NCBI GenBank assembly: GCA_048013815.1
Contig: CM106586.1
Location: 16,926,001 to 16,990,000, forward strand
From: Setoptus koraiensis
Taxonomy: Eukaryota > Animalia > Arthropoda
Length of the DNA: 64,000 nucleotides
Direction: 5' to 3'
The notes under the pieces were generated by a model that had not been told where the DNA came from, did not search any database, and saw only the letters and a program-made list of their open reading frames with translations. The translations under genes and the position numbers were made by a program. Shown here in pieces: positions 1-12,371 of this stretch (positions are counted from its first letter, which is position 1; each line of letters starts with the position of its first letter).

Positions 1-541
1 GAGGAGTCCTTATTCAACAGCTCGCTTTTCTATTGTTGTTTATGTAGACACTACGAATCAGATGTTCTTATTCCAAAACAATATACTCTCCACGTCGGAG
101 ATTCTTTATTATGTATGTCTTTGTATTTGTAGTATACATTATGATTACCAGATGAAATATGACTATTCACTCTATTATATTTTTTTCGCTCGAGTTTGCG
201 TGGTTTAAGTTTGGAGAAACGGCTACCGTTTTGTTTGGTTAAGGTTTGTCGTAGAAGATTTAAAGAGTAAGGGTTTCAAGGGCAGATTAGCATTTCGTCC
301 GTCCAACTTTCATCAACCAGAAACTGGTTATGTTTAATCTGATACACTTTTGCTTCAAATAAAACATTGAGGTAGTTCCAAGACTCTGGTGTCTTCATTT
401 TTGTACAAGTTGATCTTTTTGTGCCATCCGATTGTGACCCATTCTTATCCCATACTGATGAGGAAATGAAAGGTATATGGTGATTTTGAACAGCCAGCTC
501 TGAGACGCAATATCGTTGATTAACTAATGATGAATCAATAC

Positions 542-757
542 TTACAAGAAAAAGTCATCGTCACTGATCATCATATTTTGCTGGCCAGGCATCAATATTA
601 CTTCCCTGTCATCGTCGAGTACAGTTGGCATGCCGCTTTGATCGAACATGATCACGTCGGCCTCAACTAAGATCCCGATCAATGATAGGATGGTCATTAA
701 TGATAATGTCACAAGCGATGTGTGATGCACAATCTTGACGAGTTTACTAATCTTCAT
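542..757 (-). CDS. Small (71 aa) putative secreted acidic peptide
   Basis: ATG with A at -3. Hydrophobic signal-peptide-like N-terminus (LVTLSLMTILSLIGILVEA|D) followed by a ~38 aa Asp-rich mature part. TATA-like element ~130 nt upstream. No family recognised. Confidence 0.55.
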   Translation of the reverse strand: MKISKLVKIVHHTSLVTLSLMTILSLIGILVEADVIMFDQSGMPTVLDDDREVILMPGQQNMMISDDDFFL

Positions 758-888
758 TTCGACAGTTGAATGGTTGTTTGCTTCTTGTTTTGATTGACAA
801 TGTATAACGTGAATGTTTTTGCAAGAGATATCGATTTACACTGTTCGGTGAGTCGGCAAGAATGTCGGGTGCGAAGAAAGGTTGCATG

Positions 889-896
889 TTTTTATA
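889..896 (-). promoter_or_regulatory. TATA-like box (TATAAAAA) upstream of the small peptide ORF
   Basis: Minus-strand TATAAAAA at 896-889, with an Inr-like ACATTC about 31-33 nt downstream. Confidence 0.35.
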
Positions 897-1141
897 CTCT
901 AATTAGAGGAACTAGAACAAATATTAAGCAACAATCTAGCGGAGAAAAGAAGTCATGGAATGGAGGTAAGTGAGGCTAAACGCGGGGAAAACTAGTGACA
1001 AACCCACAAAATATTGCACAATTATTCTAAATTAATTTACGATCACAGATAATTATTAACAACAACATGGTTAGAAGGATTGGACATTACAGATTCACGA
1101 GACATCTATGCAGTCTTTCTTGTCTATTAGAGCGAATCTAG

Positions 1142-2977
1142 TCAAAGCGCCACTCTAGTTCCGCCTGAAGGATCCGGTTCACTGATCATGTTAGGATGTG
1201 GATTGTTCACAGACAAATGTTGCCTGTCCGAGTTGTCAGAGAATGGGTCTTTGGTAGCTTGAGATTGATAGAAGAACAGCACATAAATAATGAGAATATG
1301 CATAATAAAGACATAAAATAATATAACGTACTTCATCATTGGATATGCTCTGAAAAAATAGTTGGTTCGTCTAAGGAATGTATTCAATCTCATGTAGGCC
1401 CGTCTTAAGCGCAGATTTAAATTTCTGTTGTTTAGCAACCTTTCCCTGATGTAATGCTCGAACCTTTGCATTAGATAATTATTGTTGACCGAAGATTTTT
1501 GCGTCGAACTTAAAGGAAGATAAAATGTGGCACTGCTTTTATCCGTTGAATTAGCTGATAATCCATTCGATACACTATTCGAAAAACTAGTTTGAGAGCC
1601 TTTGAGCAAGTCCATGTCAACTGAAGATGAATCACTTTCGTTGTTTCTAGGTTTGAGCGACCTGCTTAGCTGATCTTGTAGATATCTACTGTTGGCAAAT
1701 GTCGATTGATTATGTTTGTTGATGTTTGACCCATGATTAATCGAACTTTTGTTTTGAGATTGTTCAACCTTTCGCTGAGGCCTCTCCGAATTCTGTTGTT
1801 GTTGTTGTTGTTGCTGCTGCTGAGCCGTGGTAGCATATTCTTCCAGGCTTTTGCTGATAGCAGCTCTTATCTCATCTACTTCCATGGGTCGCATGGGAAT
1901 AACTAGAGGACCATCGTTTTTGTTATCTTTGTTGTTGGACAGTCTATGGTTCGTATTAGTATGGGGTTCCCCGTCGGAGGTGTGTCCACTGCTCAAGTTT
2001 CTTTGGTTGACTGACCCAAGACTAGAAGAAGCAACGGCGTCGATAGTGGGATTAGTTGGCGATTGTACTTCGGAATTCGTCAGGTTTTCGGTAGTTTGTT
2101 GACGAGTTGCTTGGTCAAAGGCCAGATCTTGCGGCTTGGAATCTTTGAGTGAGTCAGTGGCGAAGTCAGAACTCGGTTTGTTTATATCACAAGTTGTATC
2201 ACCAAATTGTTGGTTGCAGTTAAGCAAGGTGTCGACCGGCTGGTGAGTGGGGCCTAACAGAGAAGCTGGCGAATTGACATGGGCATTACTACTGACTGTT
2301 GCGTCAAAAGCTTGACTCGTTTCATTATTTGTGTTATTAGCACTGTTTGTGTCAGGTGTCGTGGTGGCTCTGTTGTTGTTATTGCCACCACTAACAATAT
2401 TGCTAGCGGTGAAATTGTTCCAACTGCTATTTCTTCGCGGTGTCATAGAATTGCTCATGGGCTTTAGATTGATCAGAGGCTCTATCTGGTTTCCCTTGGC
2501 AAGTTTCACTGTTGATGTATTTTGATTAGTGGTATTGTGGCTTTGTTCGGAGCCCATGTTATTTCTGTTGCTACCCATGCTTCCGCCTCTGATATGTTTC
2601 TTGTTGGTATTGTTTTGTTGATTGTCAGTATCAGTGGGTGTTGTTTGAGTTGCAAGTTTTTCATCTGGCCTGCTCTGGTTGTTAGCGTTACTATCACTTA
2701 AAAACAGAGAAAATTGTCTGTGTTTGCTGTAATCGTTGTTGTCTGGGCTAGTTGAATTGTTTTGTTGATCATGAAATTGATTCGTCAGCAGCTCCTCTTC
2801 GTCGCTGGGCCTAGTGTTGGAACTAGTTAGTGTGTCAGTTAGTGTTTTGAAAGCCTGATCGACTAGATTGCTGCCCAAAATAGAGCCGTCTTGTTGCTGC
2901 AAGGCCACTGCCGCCTCCTGGTCAATCTTGTTAAGCATGGCCTCGGCCTTGGTGGCCAAATTGCTGAACCACGACAT
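1142..2977 (-). CDS. GOLGA5: Golgin-84 (golgin subfamily A member 5)-like, single exon, 611 aa
   Basis: N-terminus MSWFSNLATKAEAMLNKIDQEAAVAL matches the golgin-84 vesicle-capture motif. C-terminus FLRR...YPMMKYVILFYVFIMHILIIYVLFFY matches the golgin-84/CASP juxtamembrane and TM segment. The middle is N/S/T/Q low-complexity. Confidence 0.85.
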   Translation of the reverse strand: MSWFSNLATKAEAMLNKIDQEAAVALQQQDGSILGSNLVDQAFKTLTDTLTSSNTRPSDEEELLTNQFHDQQNNSTSPDNNDYSKHRQFSLFLSDSNANNQSRPDEKLATQTTPTDTDNQQNNTNKKHIRGGSMGSNRNNMGSEQSHNTTNQNTSTVKLAKGNQIEPLINLKPMSNSMTPRRNSSWNNFTASNIVSGGNNNNRATTTPDTNSANNTNNETSQAFDATVSSNAHVNSPASLLGPTHQPVDTLLNCNQQFGDTTCDINKPSSDFATDSLKDSKPQDLAFDQATRQQTTENLTNSEVQSPTNPTIDAVASSSLGSVNQRNLSSGHTSDGEPHTNTNHRLSNNKDNKNDGPLVIPMRPMEVDEIRAAISKSLEEYATTAQQQQQQQQQQNSERPQRKVEQSQNKSSINHGSNINKHNQSTFANSRYLQDQLSRSLKPRNNESDSSSVDMDLLKGSQTSFSNSVSNGLSANSTDKSSATFYLPLSSTQKSSVNNNYLMQRFEHYIRERLLNNRNLNLRLRRAYMRLNTFLRRTNYFFRAYPMMKYVILFYVFIMHILIIYVLFFYQSQATKDPFSDNSDRQHLSVNNPHPNMISEPDPSGGTRVAL

Positions 2978-3102
2978 GTTTGTGTCGAAACGGCTATGCC
3001 AAGTGTGCGAATAAGTAGGTTATAGGCAATAGGAATATCTATCAGAGGATCTCGCTGGCCGATTGATTCCGTGTGTGTGTGTTCTTCTGGTGATTATGTA
3101 AC

Positions 3103-5601
3103 CTAGTTCTGACGAGCTACTGCAGCGTCATCAGTGAGCATCAGTCCTGGTGGAAGTAGATAAATTGTTGTTGTCTTAATTAAGTAATAAGTAGTAACTG
3201 TAAAGGATCTCAAAATAAATGAACGAATATCGACGATAGTCATACGTGTTATATGCGTTATTGCAGCATACAATTCTGTCAGTACACAATGGGTACAAGT
3301 GCCATTATTTCGGTCCATCGCATTCGGCGCCAAATACAAATCAAGAAGCGACAAAAATATGCCTCAAAATGCAAACACACCTATCCCTCATGAATGTATC
3401 AGGCTGATGAACTCGGTAATGGAGAGGAGACCCATAAGCTGACGAGAAAAGCATTTCCATACTAAGAACGGTTATTCTTTTGATATTCATATGAGGATTA
3501 TCATTCAAGACCGACTCCATTCTTTCAGAGACATCATAAGACAAACCGAAAGAACAAAGTATCGGTATCATAGCCAACAAGCTGCAAGCTATCTCGGAAG
3601 CCACTCTGGACGAGTGTAATGATTGCAGGTTAAGTGATTCTCATTCAGCTAATTGATTTGGTTGCCTCAGATGAAACTCACCGGTTCGGTCGAATCGGGC
3701 GTTGTTCGTTTCTGGCCTCGGCGTGGAGATCGCCTCTGTCAGGTGTCATTGACTTGCGCTCTTTAAAAGAGCGTTTAGCATCATGACTGGACTTCATATC
3801 TTGACTTGTTTAGAATAGTTGTCAAAATAATAATATTCAATAACCAACAGCAACCATGCACAACATCTCTTTTCAATTTTTGACTAATAAGTCTCTTTAG
3901 ATGTAGAAGCTAATGAGTTTACATTAGCATTCAGTGGCCGCTACACATACATGGTTGGCTGATTATCACTATGGTATAACAACAAAGAAACTGCTCATTC
4001 TGGCAGTAATTGTCATCTATGCAAGAGGATGCCAGCAGCCTGTAATGAGTTGACCGACCTGTCTTTGTTCGCATGAACCTGAGACTCTTTGTATGCAATG
4101 GCTAGCATAAAAATTTGCATATTTATTATTGAGCTCATATTCAATCAAATCTGGAGTTGAGCTGGTATAAATATGATTTTTCAATCTGGCCAGCAACCAA
4201 TTTATTCTCGCAATGGTCAGTTGGTTAAAATGAGGCTAAAATGAGCGGTGCCAGATTTGTTTCAGATTGAAGCTAACAAGTGTTCACCGGATGTTAGATA
4301 ACGTTTTACCTGATGAGGCAAGTGGTGGAATGGCTCTTGCTGAGTGATAAAATGTATTCATTGATAACAACTGAAGTAATTGGCACTATATGAGTTGCCA
4401 AGCAAGATGGAAACATGAGCCGAACGATTTGATCTTATAAGCGAAGAGATAGTAGGAAGTAGTCTGATAGTTTGATATTGCAATTGAGTGAGGCTACCCT
4501 CGACTGACACTTGGCCATTGCGAGCATCGTTGATCGCTCAACGATCAACAATTCATAACGGTGTTGCTAGTGAAAACTAATGGCAACAACAGACCTGAAG
4601 CAGCAACTATGAGCTAGACAGATAAGGCAAGACGGCGCCGAGATAATGCACAATCATCAGGACGATTTGTTGTCAAGCGTGGCAGCTTGATCGACCGTTG
4701 GTGGTCCTCGCATGGGCATACTTTACTCACAAGATGGTCTGCAACAAGAATCTGGATCTCAGCGATAATGGAGGGGGCTTTTCAGCATGCGTATCAACGG
4801 TGGCGAGTGTGATGCAATTTTGAAAAGTGGCCAGATAGGCCGCACCAGCAGTCACCATGAGCCATTTAATCAAACAGTGCTGCTGCTGCTGCTACGTTCT
4901 GGCCCACTGTCAAGATTGTGAGAGCGATATAAATCTCCGCCGGCGAACAGATGATCTTGCCACATGTGATTGTCCGAATGAGATTAGCAAGTTGAACAGA
5001 AAATATCAGATATTCAAAAAACTATCAGATATTCAAATGTCATGAGGCTGTTGCGTCACAGTCAAAGCTACTGGCATCACTTTAGATACAAATATCGACA
5101 TGTAGCTACAACGTTATAGAATTATTGTCTCACAATTGAGCTCGTGAAATATTCGGCGTCGTCGATCTCTGAAACTGTGCTGATGCTCGATGCTTGTGGT
5201 CGCCAGAAATGGCGGCCCGCTATTACCTAACTGAGTCAGTTAAACTTACTGTATTCAGCATAGCACAGCATTTGGATAAGCGATGGCGGCGATAAGTGCG
5301 AGCCAGAGACAACCGGAAGTGAGCGTGGATGACGCCATTGCGAGCTGTTTATTTGGCGCTGATAGTTGGCCAATTCAACGAATTCAACGAAAACGCGCCG
5401 TTTGGGAAAAACGGATCTGTTTTGAACAATTCTATTTTTACCAATGTTTTGTTGTTGTTCACGACATGCCGGCCCGGTGAGCGACTGTCCCGACAGCGAC
5501 GATACTTGCGACAGCTCGTGCGGCGCCTCGATGATGTGATACTTACCACACTGTTTATCATACATGATATGTAATATGATTTGATACGTAATAGAATGCA
5601 T
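3103..5601 (-). other. Unidentified fragmented multi-exon gene or pseudogene
   Basis: Several protein-like open stretches are joined in phase by GT-AG pairs: 5249-5220 (30 nt), 4309-4207 (103 nt) and 3681-3606 (76 nt). No complete model could be built and no family was recognised. Confidence 0.3.
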
Positions 5602-7517
5602 CAGTTGGTTATCATTGATAATATCGCCCGTTGATCACATTGGCGCGGATGACTGGATTGTCTGACGATTGCAACCACAAAACAGGAACATCGTCGTTGT
5701 GACGCAACCATCATGGCGGTGGTCGACCGACACGCTCGGCAACACAGCCACCAAATTGCATGCAACAAACTGGAATGAGAGAGAGAGATAAACAAGAATT
5801 GATTATGATAAGCAACACTTTACATTGTTGCTGCATCGCAGGCCGGTTGCATGAGTACGGTTGCCGGGCGAGAGGCTCGCATCACCGTCATTACGGCCAA
5901 TCGTGCCGTTGGTCATCCGCTTTGCGCGCCTTTAACACTTATCGGCGATAATTTAAAACCTGTCCGTGAGAACTCAGTTCGAGCTTGCCGAAATTGCCCG
6001 TTTTGCCGCTTGGGTCGCCTGTGCCACTGTCAAGCTCACACAAAGAGTTGGCTGTTGGTGTTGCTGTCGGTGTTGGTGTTGCTGTCGGTGTTGCAGTGTT
6101 ATTGATTGGCGTAATGGGCCTTCATCGCTCAATGGCCGAGCTCTGACGGGCTCAGTCGAGCTCAGTTGCGACTCACAACTTGTGAGATAACAAGCGAGAC
6201 AGAATTGAATGTTAATGAGCACGCGCTCGAAACGCTATCACTTGTAACAAGTGACTTGTTTGCGCTGCTAAATATACCCGCCATAATGTAACCGTTGACC
6301 GTTTCAGCTGTTCATGTTGCTAATATTTATTGTTTGAAATCACAACGGTCGCACTTACGTAACACACGTTTTTGTTCTCGACACAAACATCGTGTTGGTC
6401 GTGCCCAAGCGAAACAATGCCCGCCAGCTCATTATCATAACTTGTGCCCTGGCCAATAAACTCGGCAACAACCGGCCGGCGATTGGTGCCGATTGGTGCC
6501 GATTACAGCTGATGGTCACTCGTCATCGGCGACGGCGGCGGCAGCGGCGGCCAGTGGCTCTCTCAGCAGCCACTCTTCGGTTTCGCGTTCGCCAGGTGAG
6601 CGGCTCAGCAGCGCCCATCGACCAATAGTGATCACTGTTGCTGTAGCATCCTTTGTTTTGGCCAGTTTCGACTGTGTCGCTGACCACTCGGGCCAGTCGC
6701 GGTGGTGTTGATTGCGCAACGGCGTGTTGCGTTCATTAGCAACAGGCAGCTTGCTCGCACCACGAGGATGCACGGCGAGCGAGTGGCTTATGGTGCGAGC
6801 GAGTGGACCACACAAACACTTGTTGCGCTCGACCAAACATCCAATTGCGTCATTTCCGAGATGCAACAAAGAATTTCGCTCTCGCTGCTTCGCTTCGGAG
6901 GCAGCGCTGCACTGGGGCAGATGCTTTCGCTTCAGTGTCATCCAGCAACAGCCAGCCAGCCAGCCAGCCAGCCGGCCAGCGAGGGTCATTGACTCTGGCC
7001 GTGTCCGGACAATGGTCACTTGTTGCCGGTGCACACAAACTGGTCTCGGCGTTGTTTCACACGGCGCACCACACACACACACACACACACACACGACACG
7101 CAATTACAATTATACACGAACAAATGCTCTAAATTAAACTATATCTTGTTTCCCTGGCAACTTGCGCTCGTTACACCCGGCCTCTCGCCTTCCGATGCTG
7201 CCCAAGCAACTCGTGGTTCTGCGTGTGTGTGCGTGTGTGTGTGTGCGTGTGTGTGTGAGCGCAACAACAACATCAATTAGACTCACTTTTGTTTTGTCCC
7301 GTGATGCTGCCCCTCGTTTGGCCCGTTTCCGCCGCGTCGCCTGCCGCCGATGCCTATCTCTGCCGAAGCGATTATGTAACTCGCATGTGCACGGTCGTCC
7401 GCAAAAGACGAAATGCTAATTATGCGCCCGGCCAACCGCATGTAATGTAATTCATGCGAGCGTCCGCTTAACCTGTCCATGAGCGCCACTTTCTCGCCTC
7501 TCGCCGTCTCCACCGTG

Positions 7518-7608
7518 ACGGCAAACGGCACCGCACGGCAAACGGCACCGCACGGCATACGGCGTACGGCACCGTGCGGCATATCGCACCATGCCGCATA
7601 TCGCACCG
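7518..7608. repeat. Degenerate ACGGC-based pentamer tandem repeat
   Basis: acggc-aa-acggc-accgc-acggc... decaying into catatcgcac units. Contains the inverted pair gcacgg...ccgtgc. Confidence 0.7.
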
Positions 7609-7785
7609 GGCTGCTGCGCTCGGCGGACGGAGCGGGTCAGTGGCTGCCGTCTCACTAGCAGTCTTCTGAGGTGCCAGTTCGCTGTTGCCCGATGGACACT
7701 TTAACAGGCAGCAAATAATGCGCGGCGCCGGCGATGCACGACAACCGGTCAGCGGTGCATATACGTGCGATATGTTTTCATGACG

Positions 7786-7823
7786 ATTGCAGCCAATTGC
7801 AGCCAATTGCAGCCAATTGCAGC
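7786..7823. repeat. Decamer tandem repeat (ATTGCAGCCA) x3.8
   Basis: Perfect copies read directly from the sequence. Confidence 0.9.
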
Positions 7824-8559
7824 AACGAAGAAGGAGAAATAATTGCCGATTATGCCGCCAGCTATGACCCGACCATGCCCGACTAGCAACTGAACCCGAC
7901 TACTAAATATACCGCTCATAAATAAATAGAAGTTAGCTGTGTGCCGAGCACTCCGGGCCGGAGTCTGCGGCCCACGGCCAGTGGTCAGTGCCGGCGAGAC
8001 GCTGGAGCTGCATTGAGTTGTTTGCGTTGTTTATTGTATTGCTGTTTAATCATACACTTAACGGTCAGTTTTATCACCGATTTATTACATACATAATAAG
8101 AGATATAATGGAGCTCATAAGGTTGTAGCTTACAAATGATTGCATGGGAAATAGTGTTGCGCGTAGTTTGTGTGGTGCCGTCGGGCCGGCAACGCCGGCC
8201 CACAGAATGTTCGTCGTGCTGGTGGCGACACTTGTTTTTGTCGCCCCGCAAAGTCAGCCGAAGAACGATGATCCACCATTATTCTTATCATAATAACAAT
8301 GAGCATCGTTCCCGCCGACTGACCGAGTGCCAGTGTCCGCGAGGAGACGCCCGTGCGCCACAACAAACACCGGAGACACGATCGGCGATTTATTTATTTT
8401 TTTTCGCTGTTGTTTGCCTTGGCGCGAATATTCCGGCAATTGATGTGGCAATCAATTGCGCAAATTGTACTCGGCGCTTGCAATTCAATTAATTGAGTGG
8501 CTCAATTAACCGGGACGGTCAAATCATGGGGCTCAAATCGAGATGCGTCCGCCGGACAA

Positions 8560-11500
8560 TCAGTGGCTGTCCACTATGGGACGCGTAATGTACCAGTTGC
8601 GATTGTTTGAGGCGGCCGATCGGGCCCCCCTCAGACCGTCCTCGTTTTGGCGCTGCTGCTGCTGGTCGTCGGACTGCTGGTCGTAGGTCTGCTGAGCCAA
8701 CTGGTTATTGTTGTTGCTGATCAATGTGTCGTATTGGGTTGTGATGGCCGATGAGGCGGCCGGATTGGAGCTGCCGGAAATGATGATGTTGTTGGCATTG
8801 TTGTTGTTGCTGATGGCGCCGGAAATGTCGTTGTTGCGCTTACTGGCGCCAGAATTGTAGTTGTTGCTGTTGTTGTTGTTGGCACTGTTGGCCGGCAATG
8901 AGCCGCCAGTTGAGACGGGCGCCTGGCTGGTGGTCGTTGGCACCGCCGGGGCCTGCACCGGCTCATCGAAGCCGCTGTTCACCTGTTGATTGTTGTCCTG
9001 TTGAGCGGCTTGCTGGTCTGCGGCCTGATTAGCGCCACTCGGCGTGCCCTGATCAGCGGCTGACGAATCGTCGTCCGCCAAGCCGCGCTCGTCCTGTTGC
9101 TGATAGGCCGCCGTGGTCACTCTCACCTGAGCTTGTTGTTGTTGCTGTTGTTGCGGCTGTTGTTGCTGTTGTTGTTGCTGTTGCGGCTGTTGTTGCGGCT
9201 GGACATAGGCGGCCAGGCTACCGGTGCGCTGCTGCACAATGGGCACCTGTCGGCTGTACACCGGCACAGAGGTGGACAGTGTCGGCCGGATCCCGAACTG
9301 CTGCTGGCGCTGTGGCTGCTGCTGTTGCTGTTGCTGCAGCAGGGGCCGGAAAGAAGCCAACTGCTGCTGCTGACCGAAGTTGTTGTTTGCCTTTCCGGTC
9401 GAGCGTCCATACTGCGTGTGTGTGTGTATGTGTTGGATTAAAGAGAAAGAGATTACATAATTGGATTACTCTGCGTGCTCTCCAGTGCGCCAGCTATTAT
9501 CGTTTGGCCTGGCCTGTCTCCGGATTCGCTCACTGAGTCGTCAGCGATCGTCCAGACACAGCGTCCAGACACAAGATCTGGGCAAATAATTAAAAATAAT
9601 CTGCTCGCCGCTATAAGTCGCAACAGTTATAAGAGCGCCGAGATTCAATTGCGCCGCAAATGTTACAGCGTCATGTATAGCGTATTATGCAAATTATGCC
9701 CCATTATGCAATCATCGTGTCTGTGTGTCTTTAGTGGGGCTCATTCGGCTCGCCTCGTCAAGCCGATTGTGTGTGTGTACGGTGCTGCTGCCGGCAGCAG
9801 CAGCAGCGCCAGTCCGGATAGATTAGTTAATGATGGCGGCCGGCGCTGTCTCTCAAGCACGCCAAACAACGCACAAAGTCATGACCAGGAACAGCGCTTG
9901 ACTGACAGCAACATCCTTACGCAGGCCATTACGTAAGCGATTTTAACGCTTGATGACCACTCGCCAGACACTTGCTGCGGCCGCCGCATGCCACTGGTGG
10001 CAATGTCATATCAATCATATTTGTTCAGACCGTTAATTACTATCGCCATTGCGCGCGCGATGCGATTGTTGTTATCAATGCCAGCGAGTGGTCAGTCAAA
10101 CGCTCGCTGACCACTGACTGCGGCTCGCCTGGTTCGCCAGGCAAACAGGCGAAATGGAGAAGAAATTGTTTGAGTTGTGCCATCATCGTCGCCGTCGCCG
10201 TCGCCGTCGTTGTTGGACGGCGCTGTTGCCGGCGATGATGGCTAGCGACGGCCGGCGATGGCCATCACCGAGTCACGCTCGCTCGCTCCATAATAGCTCG
10301 GCTCGATAATAAACAATAAGCAGGCTAAGTTTGCCGCTGCTGGTAGATTAAAAGTTTTGTTAGGAAGTGAGCAACGCAGACAGCCAAGCAATCGTTTAAT
10401 TTGCGGCTACCTAGCCGGCCGCAACTGGACACCGTGAGCCAGCCAGCCAGACTAGAAAATTGTAATTGCAGCAACAATGACTGCTGATTTGTTTCAAGGT
10501 GTTTGCAGAGAATTCATTTGCGGCCCGGCTCGGCGCGCTCATTGCGAGCAACCAAAGTTACATTGAGAGCAACCAAAGTTACATTGAGAGAGAGTCGCAG
10601 ACACTAATGATGGTGCTGGCGATGATTATCGCCAGCGCACAAAATATCCACCAAAAGCTCCCGCGTACAGTTTGACAACAATCTAATTCAGTCCTGGCGC
10701 GCCAAGCCCGACAGCCATTGATTCTGACACTTTCAAATCGAAATCATTCAGCTCTTGATTCACGCGTGAATATCGCGCTCCCAGCGAAGCTCGTTTGGCG
10801 TCCAAACTCTGGACTCTAAAGTGACCAATTATGTGAGCGCTCATTTATCTGTCCCGTTTATCGGACCGCGCTCGCATTTTGCGGCGCCAGAAAGTGAGCG
10901 AGCAAGAATTAGAATACGAACAAAATCGTGATTATCGTTGCAAAATTTATCCGTGCTTGCACGTCGAATCTCGTGGGCGACACACGGCCCAGACAGGCGC
11001 TGGCGATATCAGCGCCAACAAATCTCGCGCGGGGCCATCTGGGGTCAAGCTGACGCGAGCGATTTGGGCCAATTGAGAGTCCTACTGCGATTGAGACTCG
11101 GCGAGCATTTCGCATTTTGCATTTTGCGTCGCGCAATTCGCATCTCGACTGTGCGGCGTTCAACGAGACTGCGTGTCGCGCCAGCAATCAATTGTCGCAA
11201 TCGCAACGCTGACAATTGTGAAATGCCGAAATGCTAAAACTACCAGACCGAGGCAAGAGCCGAAAAAGGGTAAAATTTGCATAATTTGCATGCTCGGCCC
11301 GACGAATGTCGCTTGCAACGATTGACAAACAAGCCGTGATTGGTTTGACAGCGATGTTTGTTTACTGTCGCCAGCGACACCGACCCCTGACAGCGGCAAG
11401 TGTCATGCGAACAACGAGCGAGCGCGAACACAGTTACGTAACCGTTGTCACCTACAACGGTGACATTAATAACGCGTTGTTGTCGTCGAAAGTGGTTCAA

Positions 11501-12339
11501 CTCTGGCTATTTTTTGTCGCTCGTCTAGCCACTGGTCTGGCCGCCGGTCTGGCCATGGCATGGACGGGCTCGGGTCGCGCGCGGTCCAACGCTGTCGAAG
11601 CGCGCTCGACAATCGCCGACAACTCAACTCAAATATGGCAATCATAACACAATAGTAACGGTACCGGTGCTATACGGCGGCCAATGTCGGTGTTGTTGCC
11701 GCCATCGCCAATATTGCCCATACGTCGTCGTGTCTTCTTTTCGCTCGCTCGCTCGCTTTCGTTCTTTGGCTTTTCGCTCGTTCTTTGGCTTTTCGCTCGT
11801 TCTTTGGCCTTGCCGCTATACAAACTATTCCAAAACGGCCGATTGTTTGGCTCGATCAGTTTCGACTCAGTTTTGCATACATTCACACACACGCCGAGCA
11901 GGCCGTTGGACGCGCGGGCAGGCGGGCCCCCATCGTGATACAAATGCAACGTATGCTGCTGCCGATATCTCGAGTGGTCATCAAGTTTGACAGGTGCGCG
12001 TTTGCACACGACAACAACAAGATATTGAATGAGAGTTTTATCGCAAAGAGATCGCACAAAACAAACAACGCCGATGACAGGTTCATTGGCACACACAGGG
12101 AAACGGCGCAATCTGTTATTAAGTATCATGGAAATCATGGCAAGCTTATAATTACCGTTTGTTGTTGTTGATTGGCACCTGATTGGGCATTGTTGTAACT
12201 GGCACTTGTTGTTGCTGTTGTTGTTGTGGTTGTGGTTGTTATTGGCAGCGCTGATGCAGACAACGCTGCTTGCGATGATGATGACCTTGGCTGGCTCATG
12301 CTCTCGATGTCGACACTGTACGGCTGTAATGGTTGTGGT

Positions 12340-12371
<32 letters not shown>

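Noticed and set aside
4213-4270. AGTTGGTTA resembling a tRNA D-loop
   Set aside because: No T-loop (GTTCRA) or acceptor stem.
3757-6254. Isolated 8-bp-arm palindromes at 3757-3773, 4529-4549 and 6238-6254
   Set aside because: A few such palindromes are expected by chance in 64 kb. They share no sequence or context.
5966-8492. Dozens of overlapping 60-195 aa ORFs on both strands
   Set aside because: They arise from GC-rich and CA/CAG repeat sequence with few stops. No domain, no consistent frame and no splice logic.
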